Source: a virus (Duplodnaviria; Caudoviricetes). From it: a DNA stretch of 64,000 nucleotides. A program made the translations under genes and the position numbers. The notes below the pieces were generated by a model. The model was not told the DNA's origin. It ran no database searches and worked only from the letters and a program-made list of their open reading frames with translations. Of the stretch, positions 19,504-29,584 are shown in pieces; the stretch's first letter is position 1; every line of letters starts with the position of its first letter. Where the stretch lies: positions 19,861 to 83,860 of the IMG/VR virus record IMGVR_UViG_3300020050_009836, one strand, 5' to 3'.

Positions 19504-19727
19504 CTATTGAATTCCTTCCGCATGAGTTCATCAGTCTTCACCGAATTGAATTTGATACGACGAGAAGCATCACGCATTTTAACTATAATGGATTTCGCAT
19601 CATCATCTGTCAACTCTACACAGTAACCACGATTACAGAAAAAAGCAAAGCGGACAAAAGTGACTTCCTTATCGTCCACTATGGCTCTTAGGTCATATCC
19701 AACTAAGGATTCATCACTAGACGTCAT
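19491..19727 (-). CDS. hypothetical protein
   Basis: ORF coupled to the portal gene; start chosen at MTSSDE. Confidence 0.5.
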   Translation of the reverse strand: MTSSDESLVGYDLRAIVDDKEVTFVRFAFFCNRGYCVELTDDDAKSIIVKMRDASRRIKFNSVKTDELMRKEFNRWAC

Positions 19728-19785
19728 ATTTTTGTTTTTATCATTAGTGTCAACAGTACAGTTATTTAGATTGTACAATGCCATC

Positions 19786-20061
19786 ATGCTCTATCAGACG
19801 TACCGAAGAAATATGCGTGGTCAAGGCTTCCATAAAATGCTTTATCACAAAGCCGACATATGCCACTACATGTGCATGTGTATCAACTGTGGAAAGACTG
19901 TCACCATAACTGTCAACGGCTTTGATGAAGTCTACGATGACCCAAAGGTACTCAATGTACTCAAAGAAGTATGCCCTAAGACAAAAATTAAGGGTTGGAC
20001 TCGAACACAACTAAAAGAAAAAGTAGAGTTGACAAAGTCCGTAGAATCAAGTAACATGTAG
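19786..20061 (+). CDS. hypothetical protein, Cys-containing (start uncertain)
   Basis: First ORF of the plus-strand operon; C..C motif. Confidence 0.45.
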   Translation: MLYQTYRRNMRGQGFHKMLYHKADICHYMCMCINCGKTVTITVNGFDEVYDDPKVLNVLKEVCPKTKIKGWTRTQLKEKVELTKSVESSNM

Positions 20062-20063
20062 TT

Positions 20064-20828
20064 ATGAACCCACGAGAAATGTCCGTCGCAATGTGGAAGG
20101 AAGTAATGTCTGACCTTTCACGCCTATCTGGTATCGAAATGGATGAAATGGATGCAAAGGAATATACAAATGCCTTACGTCCATTACAGCAAGCAATTGT
20201 AAACCAAAAGCCTAGTGAACTGAAGCAGCCTATGACCAACGAAAGTCCTGAGGTGTGGCGTTTACGATATTGGATACGCAACCAGAAGTTTCGCCCTAAC
20301 TACGAAGAAGTAGCGAACAAGGTGCTTGATGTACTTGGGATGCCACGTATCCACGGCGTACCGGGGCACATAATCGAAGCACAGAAGGTCTACAAGGCTG
20401 AACCCGTGCCTGTGTCGCATCAGTTAGGCGATAAGCAGTACGACCTTTTTAGTTGGACTAACGAACTCAAGCCAAGTGGCGATGAGAACCGTGACGAAAT
20501 AATTGCAAAGATGTTGACAACCGTTGAAGGTATCTATGGTTCCGGTGAAGCAGTAAATGTTGCCAAGTCGATTAATGCTAACAACATGCTAATCAAAGCC
20601 GAAGAGACTGAAATGCTTGAAAACATTGTCAACAAGATACCGCAAGAAGAGCGTACAACTTGGATTAGACGTGCCGGTGGCATAGAAGGCAAGAAGCACT
20701 TTGTTGCTATCGGCGTTGCTAGGGAAGCGGTTTCCCTTTATACAAAGTCAAAGCGTACTGCTAATGCGGAGCGTGGAATGCAAGTCTGGCGGGAGCGTTG
20801 GAATAAGCCAACAAAGGGAGGTTCATAA
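20064..20828 (+). CDS. hypothetical protein
   Basis: 254-aa ORF in the operon. Confidence 0.75.
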   Translation: MNPREMSVAMWKEVMSDLSRLSGIEMDEMDAKEYTNALRPLQQAIVNQKPSELKQPMTNESPEVWRLRYWIRNQKFRPNYEEVANKVLDVLGMPRIHGVPGHIIEAQKVYKAEPVPVSHQLGDKQYDLFSWTNELKPSGDENRDEIIAKMLTTVEGIYGSGEAVNVAKSINANNMLIKAEETEMLENIVNKIPQEERTTWIRRAGGIEGKKHFVAIGVAREAVSLYTKSKRTANAERGMQVWRERWNKPTKGGS

Positions 20829-21184
20829 TGTTTGAAAACGTAACACTTATCACATACGGATTAACAACCATCTCGGCAATCTTTGTCGGGATGGTTCTCG
20901 GCTATCAACTCAGATACATGGGTGAGCGTAAGTCAGATGACATCGTGCCAGCGGGTACTAAGGTTCGATTCAAGACTAAACTCGGTCATTGGTCGTACGG
21001 CATCGTGCTTGAAGATTTCGTTGAAGAGAAGAATCAGTTCATCGTTGTACGTGCTATTGAGTGGAAGATGAGCGAGACAAGTATGGAAGCCCATGAAGGT
21101 TACCGGGTCTTTCCTATCAAGTTGAAGGAAGGCGTGTATCTGCTTGGTACAGGTCCGTGGGTTGCAGACGATTACATTGATTAA
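20828..21184 (+). CDS. hypothetical protein
   Basis: TAATG coupling to the previous gene. Confidence 0.7.
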   Translation: MFENVTLITYGLTTISAIFVGMVLGYQLRYMGERKSDDIVPAGTKVRFKTKLGHWSYGIVLEDFVEEKNQFIVVRAIEWKMSETSMEAHEGYRVFPIKLKEGVYLLGTGPWVADDYID

Positions 21185-21773
21185 AAGGCTGACAGTTGCT
21201 TCTGAGGAAGTTGACGTACATTTACTTAAACAGCACCCAAGGAACGTCAATCAAGGCGACTTGGGTGCTGTCATTTCGTCCATAGAAACAAATGGCTTCT
21301 ACGGTCGCCTGATAGTCAACAAGAGGAACAACTACGTCCTTGCTGGAAATCACCGGCTGATGGCTGCTAAGGCTCTCAAAATGGACACAGTGCCTGTTGA
21401 GTGGGTCGATGTAGATGAAGACTCGGAAGTCAGAATCCTACTTGCTGACAATAGAACAACACGCCTTGGTCTGGACGACAACACGGCATTGACTGTACTG
21501 CTGGCTGAGTTGGCTAATACTGAAAAACAACTGGCCGGTACTGGATATGACTACGAAGACTTGAACAACTTCATCAGTGACATCGCAAATGAAGAACTCA
21601 AACTAACTACTGACTCATATGAAAAGTTAGTTCCAAGGCTTGCCAATCAAGGCGAAACGTGGGAGTTAGGCGATTCACTGTTAGTTGTTGGTGAGAACGA
21701 AGAAGACTGTGACAAGTTGATTGTGACTTGGGAAAAACAAACCAGAGGAAAGGCAGTTCTAAGAAATGGATGA
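21177..21773 (+). CDS. ParB/Srx-like N-terminal domain protein
   Basis: L..HPRN...SI..NGF...IV....VLAGNHRL.AAK.L....VPV..LADNR; TTG start inferred. Confidence 0.85.
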   Translation: MIKRLTVASEEVDVHLLKQHPRNVNQGDLGAVISSIETNGFYGRLIVNKRNNYVLAGNHRLMAAKALKMDTVPVEWVDVDEDSEVRILLADNRTTRLGLDDNTALTVLLAELANTEKQLAGTGYDYEDLNNFISDIANEELKLTTDSYEKLVPRLANQGETWELGDSLLVVGENEEDCDKLIVTWEKQTRGKAVLRNG

Positions 21774-22344
21774 TGATGAACTAGTACCGATTGATTTATC
21801 GGTTCCTGAATCAAGAGACTCTATCAAGGAAGAATTATCTGCTCCACTTTTTGATGAGTACCACGCACGACGTCAAGCAGTGATGAGTTCGAAACGACCT
21901 GACGGCAAAGCCTATGGCGGAACTCCTCTATCAATTGACGATACCAAGATGAAAGTTATCTTGGATGCAATCCTTGCCGGAGCATCGCACTCTGTAGCGG
22001 CTCAAGTCGCTGGTGTGCCTGTCAGGAGGCTCAAGGACTGGATAGTACGTGGTGAGAGTGGTGACATGGATGTCCCTACAGAACTCGTCGAATTTGCACG
22101 TCGTGTACGCATGGCTGAAAGCCGTGGTGAGTTAGGACTTATTGTCCGTATACGTCGTGCTGCGGAAGAAAACTGGGGTGCCGCCGCTTGGCTACTAGAA
22201 AGACGACATAGCAAGCGTTGGGGCAAAAAAACTACTGTTGATGTGAGGCAAATGACAGATGAGCAAATTACAAGACTCCTTACGGCAGAAGCTGATGGAG
22301 GAAGCGATACGGCGGGGATTGAGGATTCCGGGGACGACGAGTGA
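21766..22344 (+). CDS. terS: terminase small subunit
   Basis: HTH (AAQVAGV...DW), W.AAAWLLERR...WG motif, directly upstream of terL. Confidence 0.7.
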   Translation: MDDDELVPIDLSVPESRDSIKEELSAPLFDEYHARRQAVMSSKRPDGKAYGGTPLSIDDTKMKVILDAILAGASHSVAAQVAGVPVRRLKDWIVRGESGDMDVPTELVEFARRVRMAESRGELGLIVRIRRAAEENWGAAAWLLERRHSKRWGKKTTVDVRQMTDEQITRLLTAEADGGSDTAGIEDSGDDE

Positions 22345-23710
22345 TATCTACAACCCTTATAGGGATGGTATTGAGAAAGGCTCGATGGAGTCTTTTCATG
22401 AGTATCTAAAACTTACACTCCCAAAGGGATGGACTGCTGACCCAGCGCATATCAAGTTAATTGCTGAACACCTTGATGCAGTTGACCGTGGACAGATTGA
22501 CCGACTGGCAATCTCAATGCCCCCTAGACATGGCAAAACCGAAACTACTACAGTTCGTTACGGGGCATATGCGTTTGAAAAGAATCCTAGGGACAACGTC
22601 CTTGTAACTGCATATAACGAACGTATCGCACGTAGGTTTAGTCGTAAGGCAAGAGTAATCGTTGAATCACGTCGCCAACTCATGACCAGTAGTCGTGCTG
22701 CTGATGAATGGGGAATGCCTGAAGGCGGCACCTTTATGAGTCGTGGTGTTGGTTCTCCACCTACCGGTGTAGGTTTCAAGAGAATCATCATCGATGACCC
22801 TATCAGGCGACGTGAAGACGCTGAAAGCATCAACCTGCGTGAAAAGGCTTGGGACTGGTTTACTGACGATATCTACACTCGTCTTGAACCCGGTGGAGCC
22901 ATGATTATCGTTGCTACACGTTGGCATCATGATGACATCACAAGCCGTGCCATTGAGTCCGAGCCAAACAAATGGGTTGTCCTAAAACTTCCGGCTATTG
23001 CGGAAGAGGCTGACCAACTAGGACGGCAACCGGGTGAGTCTCTGTGGCCTGAGCGTTATTCAGTTGAAGACTTGATGCGTATCAAAGCGGTCATGCTTCA
23101 AAACGAAGGAGAGTACGGCTGGCAAGCACTGTATCAGCAATCTCCAACACAACGTTCGGGTGCGATGATTCGTCAAGACCGTATCTCTACTTTCCAAGAA
23201 CTGCCTCTGTCAGTTGGAAGATTCCGCAGAGTTATCAGGGCTTGGGACTTGGCATCGACACGTGGTGCAGGTGACTATACGGTTGGAGTTAAGGGTGCTC
23301 TCGATAACATCGGACGCTTCTGGATACTCGATGTAGTCATTGGTCAGTTCGATGTGGATGAGCGTGACAACATCATTTACAGGACTGCCGAGATGGATGG
23401 TAAAGATGTCACCATACGGCTCCCACAAGACCCAGCACAGGCAGGAAAGAGTCAGGCTAGATACTTACTCAGAATGCTTCACGGGTACCGTGTGAGCATC
23501 CAAAGTCCAACAGGCAATAAGACGTTGAGGGCTGAGCCATTTGCGGCACAGGTAAACAACTTCAACGTCAATATGATAGCCGCCGCATGGAATCAACCTA
23601 TGCTCGATGAGTTCAGGCAATTTCCTATGGGGCGGCATGATGACATCGTTGATGCAACCGTAGATTGCTATGACGAATGTACGAAGAAGAGGACTATGTC
23701 TTTCGCCTAG
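22259..23710 (+). CDS. terL: terminase large subunit
   Basis: Walker A MPPRHGKT, Walker B IIIDDP, LYQQ.P, nuclease AWDLA...GDYTVG and HDDIVDA. Confidence 0.95.
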   Translation: MSKLQDSLRQKLMEEAIRRGLRIPGTTSDIYNPYRDGIEKGSMESFHEYLKLTLPKGWTADPAHIKLIAEHLDAVDRGQIDRLAISMPPRHGKTETTTVRYGAYAFEKNPRDNVLVTAYNERIARRFSRKARVIVESRRQLMTSSRAADEWGMPEGGTFMSRGVGSPPTGVGFKRIIIDDPIRRREDAESINLREKAWDWFTDDIYTRLEPGGAMIIVATRWHHDDITSRAIESEPNKWVVLKLPAIAEEADQLGRQPGESLWPERYSVEDLMRIKAVMLQNEGEYGWQALYQQSPTQRSGAMIRQDRISTFQELPLSVGRFRRVIRAWDLASTRGAGDYTVGVKGALDNIGRFWILDVVIGQFDVDERDNIIYRTAEMDGKDVTIRLPQDPAQAGKSQARYLLRMLHGYRVSIQSPTGNKTLRAEPFAAQVNNFNVNMIAAAWNQPMLDEFRQFPMGRHDDIVDATVDCYDECTKKRTMSFA

Positions 23711-23916
23711 TAGGCGTTATTGGCTAGATACTGTCGCAAAGCATCTGCGCATGATTCTGCACCAATTACGGTGTCACGATTTGTGCGCAGGTTTGTGATT
23801 GTGACACTTTGACCTTTTTGATTCCAAGCCAGTCGTGCCTTCGCTGCGTAACCGTAAATCCCCTTGTCATCCAAATGACCCAACAGATTCATCTCTGTTA
23901 TGTTTCCGATTTTCAT
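23707..23916 (-). CDS. hypothetical protein
   Basis: Coupled last gene of a minus-strand operon. Confidence 0.6.
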   Translation of the reverse strand: MKIGNITEMNLLGHLDDKGIYGYAAKARLAWNQKGQSVTITNLRTNRDTVIGAESCADALRQYLANNAY

Positions 23917-24488
23917 TCAATCTCCAAAAGTTGTCGTTCACCTGAAGATGCGACATTTTCTTTTGGTGCATCAGCGGCTTGTTCCATCATATATTTTGCC
24001 ATTGCGTCAATCTTGGCAATTGTGTTTGCATGTGCCTGAATACGCTTGTTTTCGTGCTTCTTTGGAGTACTTATGCCACTTAGCCATTTGTTGAGCACAG
24101 CGAGTCTCCACGAGCCTACGTTGATAGGTTTTGACTTCTCTTCCTGTGCTTGCAGGTGACTACGCCAATGAGACCGTAAGGGGTTGGCATCACACTCGCT
24201 CAAGATAGACTCAACAGTTCCCAAGCACCGTTCTTGAGTATCAAACGTAAGTCCAACTATCGTGAAGTAACCTTCTTCAAAATAGACTAGTCCAGCATCT
24301 ATCAACTCATAGGAGTGCTCTTTTGAAACAACACATGTTTCTATTATCTGCACCATTCGTTGTTTAGATATCTTGCCGTTTGTTCGATTTGAACGTGACC
24401 AAGACTCAGAAGCAAGCAGTAGGTATCTTGCTTGCGGACTTAGTGTTTTCAGCCTGTCATCAGTGAACCAAGAATATTGCAATCTCAA
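23913..24488 (-). CDS. putative replication-initiator-like wHTH protein
   Basis: F.DD.L..LS..A..L....WS..N.T.G.I resembles the N-termini of phage replication initiators. Confidence 0.4.
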   Translation of the reverse strand: MRLQYSWFTDDRLKTLSPQARYLLLASESWSRSNRTNGKISKQRMVQIIETCVVSKEHSYELIDAGLVYFEEGYFTIVGLTFDTQERCLGTVESILSECDANPLRSHWRSHLQAQEEKSKPINVGSWRLAVLNKWLSGISTPKKHENKRIQAHANTIAKIDAMAKYMMEQAADAPKENVASSGERQLLEIE

Positions 24489-24871
24489 TTTCGCTTCCCG
24501 CCATCATAAGACTTCGCCATACCGGTTTCCACCAAGTACTCGTTCAGCGTAGTCCCATCCTTCCCAATTACTTTTGCTAGGATACGCCCGTACTTATCAG
24601 GCTTATCGCTTATAGATTGGAATGTAACATAGGTGGTCGATATTGTCAACTGCTTTTTTATTGTTGTGTTTTCTTTGAGCCAATTTTCAGTGGCATCTTT
24701 AGCAATTACTCCTTCAGGAGTTTTTATCTCAGGTGAGTCAAGTCCGTCTAGTCTGAGTTTTCTTTTTGCTAAAACAACACCAAAACCAAGGTCAATATCA
24801 ACTTCCATTGTGTCGGCGTCAAGGATGCGTATCAGTTTTGCTTGATACGTGTACAGCGTCAAGTTGTCCAT
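24485..24871 (-). CDS. thermonuclease (SNase-like)
   Basis: DADT..V.IDLGF, RL.GLDSPE, DKYGRILA and LNEYLV..G.A..YDG motifs. Confidence 0.9.
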   Translation of the reverse strand: MDNLTLYTYQAKLIRILDADTMEVDIDLGFGVVLAKRKLRLDGLDSPEIKTPEGVIAKDATENWLKENTTIKKQLTISTTYVTFQSISDKPDKYGRILAKVIGKDGTTLNEYLVETGMAKSYDGGKRN

Positions 24872-25491
24872 TCAAGCGCCTTTGCAGTGACTGGGAAATG
24901 CTTTATGAAGATATCTTTGACTTGATGTGCAAGTTGTTCGTGTTCTCCTTGTGCATCTTTTCCACCACGTGCTTCTATGTAATGTATCCAAGAGCGGATG
25001 TTCCCATTTGCATAGATGTGTGTAGGTGAGCACATAGGTAAGACAGAGCGAGCACATTCCTTTGCTATGTTCTGGCTAAGCAACCATTCATAAACTTCCA
25101 TCTGTTGCTTGAAGAGGTCTTCTATCTTCGCTTGTGCAACTGCCTTTGCTTCTTCGTCTTCCCACGTGTTGCTTGCCTGACGGTTCTTCTCGTCTTGAAG
25201 CCGGAGGTCAGGAATCTCAATCTTTTCAGTGACTTGTGCGTAGCGTTGACTAAACTCTTGAATGCGTATCGAACTATGTCTTGCAAACTGTGCAGAGATA
25301 TCTCGCCTTGTATGAATATCAAGGCACATATTACACATCTCAAAAATTGACCAATGCTTCTTTCGTATGCAGTAAGCAATAAGCTTGTCAGGAGGTGCGT
25401 TCTGGTTCTGCGGATTTGACACTCGTGCCATTTTTGCAATCTTGAACTCAGCATCTGGTGTTATCCAGACAAGGCTTACGGTTGAACTCAT
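24859..25491 (-). CDS. thyX: FAD-dependent thymidylate synthase
   Basis: HWSIFE, RH...QEFSQRY, KE.AR..LP, GN.RSW.HY..R and Q.EH motifs. Confidence 0.95.
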   Translation of the reverse strand: MSSTVSLVWITPDAEFKIAKMARVSNPQNQNAPPDKLIAYCIRKKHWSIFEMCNMCLDIHTRRDISAQFARHSSIRIQEFSQRYAQVTEKIEIPDLRLQDEKNRQASNTWEDEEAKAVAQAKIEDLFKQQMEVYEWLLSQNIAKECARSVLPMCSPTHIYANGNIRSWIHYIEARGGKDAQGEHEQLAHQVKDIFIKHFPVTAKALEWTT

Positions 25492-25712
25492 GTTGAAAGT
25501 AATTTCCTATAAACGTTTGTAACTACAGCCTCTTTTTGTTGTGGGCATAATTCAACCCACTCGACGCCATACATTACAAAAGCTTCTCTCCAGCACAAGA
25601 TGAACTCTCGTTCTTCTGCTGTAATTTGAGTAGTGACTATATCGTAATCACTCTTCTTGTCTTCAATGCGTGTTGTCCAAAGTGCATTGAATTCTAGTTC
25701 TGTGAGAATCAT
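25488..25712 (-). CDS. hypothetical protein
   Basis: Coupled ORF. Confidence 0.6.
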   Translation of the reverse strand: MILTELEFNALWTTRIEDKKSDYDIVTTQITAEEREFILCWREAFVMYGVEWVELCPQQKEAVVTNVYRKLLST

Positions 25713-26188
25713 TATTCCTCTGCTTCAAATGGCGAGATATTCAAGTCCAGATAATCACAAATACGCTTGGCTGCGTCATGCCACGAGTAGCAGACAGCCC
25801 AAGCGTATTCGGCTCCCTCATAAGAGAGTGTTTCTTTGAATTCTTTTTGATGTGGTGTTAGCCGATTCTTATCAGCCTTCATCTCTATCCACATGCCAAG
25901 GTAGACAAGTTCTCCGTCTACAAACTTTGGACACGCAATAAAGATATCCCAGACACCTGCCTTTTGACCTTCCCTCTTCATATTGACAGCAGTAGTTTTA
26001 GTGCGGTAACCGCCATTCGGTATAGCAAAGATACACCTTAACTTTGAATGGCGGTATTCATTTACCTTTATCCAGTTGAACAGATTAACCTGTTCCTGAT
26101 GCTCAGGATTCTGTCGTTTGGATTTTACGGGGACGACCCCTAGGTCGCCCAGTAGGGATGTAAGCCGCTTTCTTCTCAGGTCGCTCAT
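25712..26188 (-). CDS. VRR-NUC domain nuclease (resolvase-like)
   Basis: EH.EQ, FAIPNGG.R, G.KAGVWD, IEMK..RLT..QKEF; start uncertain and overlaps the upstream gene. Confidence 0.85.
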   Translation of the reverse strand: MSDLRRKRLTSLLGDLGVVPVKSKRQNPEHQEQVNLFNWIKVNEYRHSKLRCIFAIPNGGYRTKTTAVNMKREGQKAGVWDIFIACPKFVDGELVYLGMWIEMKADKNRLTPHQKEFKETLSYEGAEYAWAVCYSWHDAAKRICDYLDLNISPFEAEE

Positions 26189-26480
26189 TGACAGCCTCTT
26201 GCCACATGTTACGTTCACTCATGAATCGCTGTAGCGACTCAGTTGTCACATAAGTGTATCTGTCTTTTCCCTCTGACTTTACAAACTCAAGGCGACCTTT
26301 TCCGTTTAGCACATAGATTCGTGCACGGCTAATTCCAAGGATTTCTTCGGCAAGAGGCATAGGGACTCCACCAAGAGCACGTCCCTGTTCAATGCGAGTG
26401 TCACCCTGCAACTTCATACGTGTCAAGGCAGTTTCGATAGCCTGTTCCACGAGTTCATCTGTAAAAATATTACTTGGCAT
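26103..26480 (-). CDS. HTH DNA-binding protein with C-terminal AT-hook
   Basis: AEEILGISRARIYVL...GRL (excisionase-like HTH); GRPRGRPRK. Confidence 0.7.
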   Translation of the reverse strand: MPSNIFTDELVEQAIETALTRMKLQGDTRIEQGRALGGVPMPLAEEILGISRARIYVLNGKGRLEFVKSEGKDRYTYVTTESLQRFMSERNMWQEAVNERPEKKAAYIPTGRPRGRPRKIQTTES

Positions 26481-27060
26481 TTACTGCTTCCTTTCGGTCA
26501 ATCAACATCGCTTCTAATCCAATAATGGCTGTCTGCCATCCATTTGGACTTACGTCTTTTGAGCCGACAATCTTCTCGTACAACTCAGCACGTTCTTTTG
26601 TTGAGTGATTTACCCCTAGGTACTCTCTAGCCAAGTCACCAAAAACCTTTGAAGGTGTCGGAGCAGAAGAGTCTTGTACCTTCGGCTTAGGCTGGTTGAT
26701 AGGTGCATCAACGATACGTGGATTTGGCGAGTTGGAGTCAACTTCATCAAATTCCGGTGCAAATTGCGTCCCGTATCCCAAGATTCCCAAAGCTCGACCA
26801 ATAGAACCAGTCTCTGCTTTTTCCATAAAGTCAGCAAAGCCACGAGCGTCTTCCATCTTAGTGCCTTCGGCAACGATTACACCATTCTCGTTGGAGATGA
26901 TTGCTTTGAAAACAGCATACTTCTGCTCTAAGTTCAAGTCTACAATCTGTGTACGGATGCTCCAATCTGGATGCTCCTGACGAAACCAAACTAAACGCCA
27001 CTTGACTTCTAAGTAAGCCTTACCCTTCAGGTTCATTAGGTGGTCATTTGGATTAAACAT
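26470..27060 (-). CDS. single-strand annealing protein (Sak/Rad52-like)
   Basis: KGKAYLEV..R..WFR, AVFKA.I..G...A.G and EKAET..IGRAL..LG.G; next to ssb. Confidence 0.6.
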   Translation of the reverse strand: MFNPNDHLMNLKGKAYLEVKWRLVWFRQEHPDWSIRTQIVDLNLEQKYAVFKAIISNENGVIVAEGTKMEDARGFADFMEKAETGSIGRALGILGYGTQFAPEFDEVDSNSPNPRIVDAPINQPKPKVQDSSAPTPSKVFGDLAREYLGVNHSTKERAELYEKIVGSKDVSPNGWQTAIIGLEAMLIDRKEAVNAK

Positions 27061-27088
27061 ATCTTCTCCCCCTCATTTGAGTTGACGT

Positions 27089-27117
27089 ATGGTATCTGGT
27101 ATACGCCCGTTTGTCAA
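27089..27117 (-). promoter_or_regulatory. sigma70-type promoter
   Basis: TTGACA-17-TACCAT upstream of the SSAP operon. Confidence 0.75.
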
Positions 27118-27389
27118 GTGTACAAACATTTTGTTTTTTATCAAGAGAAGAACAACAAAATGGCTATGATTCCCAAAAACCTGTGGTATACGCACGTACC
27201 CGTACGCATGCGCCTACGGACGCGCACGGTAAGTTAACTTAGTAACATTACTACGTTAATTAGGTAATTGACTTAAGCATTACGTTAGTAGTAGATATAC
27301 GTATTTTGTTGTTTGTATTAATATAAACAACTACTAGGTAATGATGTTACTTAGTTATGCTAAGTAGTAGCAGTGCGCGCGACCTTCAC

Positions 27390-27418
27390 TTGACATGCTG
27401 GCAAACAGGTTGTAACAT
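27390..27418 (+). promoter_or_regulatory. sigma70-type promoter
   Basis: TTGACA-17-TAACAT upstream of ssb. Confidence 0.75.
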
Positions 27419-27437
27419 AGCGACCTGAGGTAAGAAA

Positions 27438-27872
27438 ATGAATGTTGTATGTTTAGTCGGTCGCTTGACTTCCGACCCTGAAGTAAAGGTTCTTGCATCT
27501 GGCACACAGGTTGCTTCGATGCGTATTGCGGTAGACCGTCCAGTTTCGAAAGAGTCAGAAGTAACTGCTGATTTCATCAACCTGACTAGTTTTGGGAAAA
27601 CCGCTGAGTTCTGCGGAAAGTACCTGACAAAGGGTCAGAAGATTTCTGTCAATGGACGACTTCAAATCCGTGACTATAACGACAAAGATGGCAACAAGCG
27701 CACAGCCGCAGAAGTCATCGCAAATGAAGTTCGTGGCGTAGAGCGTCCAAATGGTGGCGGAGGGGAAAACTCCCAACCTGCTCCTCAAAAGGCTCAGGAT
27801 AGACCGTATGGTGGCTCACAGCGTAACGCTCGCCCGTTTGATGAACCAATCACTGACCCGTTTGCGGAGTAG
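27438..27872 (+). CDS. ssb: single-stranded DNA-binding protein
   Basis: MN.V.LVGRLT.DPE, AVDR, GKT AEF..YL.KG..I.V.GRL..R.Y and an acidic tail DPFAE. Confidence 0.95.
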   Translation: MNVVCLVGRLTSDPEVKVLASGTQVASMRIAVDRPVSKESEVTADFINLTSFGKTAEFCGKYLTKGQKISVNGRLQIRDYNDKDGNKRTAAEVIANEVRGVERPNGGGGENSQPAPQKAQDRPYGGSQRNARPFDEPITDPFAE

Positions 27873-27878
27873 TCACAA

Positions 27879-28145
27879 ATGAATCCATTTCGCAAAATGT
27901 ATATGGATGCGGCTAAGGCAAAGGGGGCATCACACAGTGATGTTCTCTTCGTCCTTCAGCGGTCTGGTTATGACTCTATGACCTACCACGCATTCATGAT
28001 GAGACTGAATAGGGGCACGATTGATGAGCCGTTCATCAACACACTTGCCCTCATTGTTGACGTAGATGCTGCATTGCTTTATGAAAAAGCACTTGCACGT
28101 TTTGAGTATTACAAAAACCGCCATGCCTCTAACGATAATAATTAA
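27879..28145 (+). CDS. hypothetical protein (possible HTH)
   Basis: ORF in the ssb operon. Confidence 0.6.
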   Translation: MNPFRKMYMDAAKAKGASHSDVLFVLQRSGYDSMTYHAFMMRLNRGTIDEPFINTLALIVDVDAALLYEKALARFEYYKNRHASNDNN

Positions 28146-29094
28146 CAACCAATCAATCGGTCGAAATCGACCTGAGATAGCCGCCGTAAGAAGCGGTGAA
28201 GTTCAATCAAATAGTGTCGGTGAAGCATGGATTGTTCCTACTGAATATCTTGCAGAAGTCTGGAGACCAGAAGCCGATATATGGGAAGTTGCCATCCAAG
28301 GTGAAGGCACTTACGCTGGCTCACATAAGGTCAAGTATCTGAGACTTGCTAGTGATGTAGAACTCAATCAGATGGGCATCTACACTTCAGGGTTTACTGG
28401 TTCTGACAACAACGGAACAAAAGTAGTCAAGGATACTGGGTACGTAGTGACTGGAAGCACTTACGTAAACATAACTGCTGAGAATGCATCCATCACTTGC
28501 GACAAGCACAGTACGGGTGTAATCACAGCAGTGCGTTCAAAGATAACCGTATCTGAAGAATCTAACATCACGGTCAATGCAGATGACTGCGTAGTGACTG
28601 CATCCAGTGGCAAAATCATTGCAACAAAAAGCAAGGTTTACGCAACAGGAAACACTATTGTTGTAGCAAACAACTGCACGGTTGAAGCATCAGACAGTGT
28701 CTCTGTGACTTCCGTTGACTCAAGGGTCACTGTTGATGGAAATGCTTTCCTGACAACGACTGGATGTACGGTCATAGCAAAAGGTCAGTCAATCGTAAGA
28801 TGCCATGACAACAAGGTGAAGGTTACAGCCTACGACCATGTTGTTTGTATTGTTGATGATATTGAAGATTCACATGCAATTCCTTCTTTTTCAGACTCTA
28901 CTGCCAAACAGAGGTTCATCCTAAACGACCATTCAGTCGTCATATCAAAGGTAGTTGGTGACTACGTTTGGACGGCAAATGGCAAGTACTGCCCTATGGA
29001 AGCAAAGGCCTTCAAAGAAATATCAACACCAACACCCAAACGTGGTCGTCCAAGGTCGTCTGGTGTAGGTGATGAGGGGGTTGCCGTTGACTAG
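28123..29094 (+). CDS. small-residue repeat (beta-solenoid-like) protein with C-terminal AT-hook
   Basis: Repeating V.A..S.V.A pattern; PKRGRPRS tail. Confidence 0.6.
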   Translation: MPLTIIINNQSIGRNRPEIAAVRSGEVQSNSVGEAWIVPTEYLAEVWRPEADIWEVAIQGEGTYAGSHKVKYLRLASDVELNQMGIYTSGFTGSDNNGTKVVKDTGYVVTGSTYVNITAENASITCDKHSTGVITAVRSKITVSEESNITVNADDCVVTASSGKIIATKSKVYATGNTIVVANNCTVEASDSVSVTSVDSRVTVDGNAFLTTTGCTVIAKGQSIVRCHDNKVKVTAYDHVVCIVDDIEDSHAIPSFSDSTAKQRFILNDHSVVISKVVGDYVWTANGKYCPMEAKAFKEISTPTPKRGRPRSSGVGDEGVAVD

Positions 29095-29527
29095 TGATAC
29101 ACGCAGGAGCATGTATATCGTTGTCACAACGGACGGCTCAGCGCCCAATAAGGCATACTCCCGCCTAGAGAATGCCAACAGAATAAATTACAACAATGAC
29201 GCCGTTGAAATCTATCGTCACAAAAAACGATATGACGATGATTATAGTTGTGTGCCTGATGAAACAAGTGTGTTGTGCGCCAAACGGGAAATATCACCAG
29301 ATGATGCCAAGAAACGTGCAACACATATGAAGAATCACTTTGAAAAGTACATCTACATAGCACACAATCCAGAAACCAGTGAGTATCGTCAGTTCACAAG
29401 GACTACAAACATGGAGATATTCCTTAGGTCTAACGCAGGATTTAATGGATATAAGATGCTCCGTGATGATTGGAACACACACGGCGTTCTGTATAACGAA
29501 AGTCAAGTACCACAAACTTCACAATGA
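29069..29527 (+). CDS. hypothetical protein
   Basis: ORF in the operon; start uncertain. Confidence 0.6.
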   Translation: MMRGLPLTSDTRRSMYIVVTTDGSAPNKAYSRLENANRINYNNDAVEIYRHKKRYDDDYSCVPDETSVLCAKREISPDDAKKRATHMKNHFEKYIYIAHNPETSEYRQFTRTTNMEIFLRSNAGFNGYKMLRDDWNTHGVLYNESQVPQTSQ

Positions 29528-29584
29528 GCCAGATATTCTGGCTCATTTCTTCATGAACCACGCTGATATACTTCAGCCATTGAC

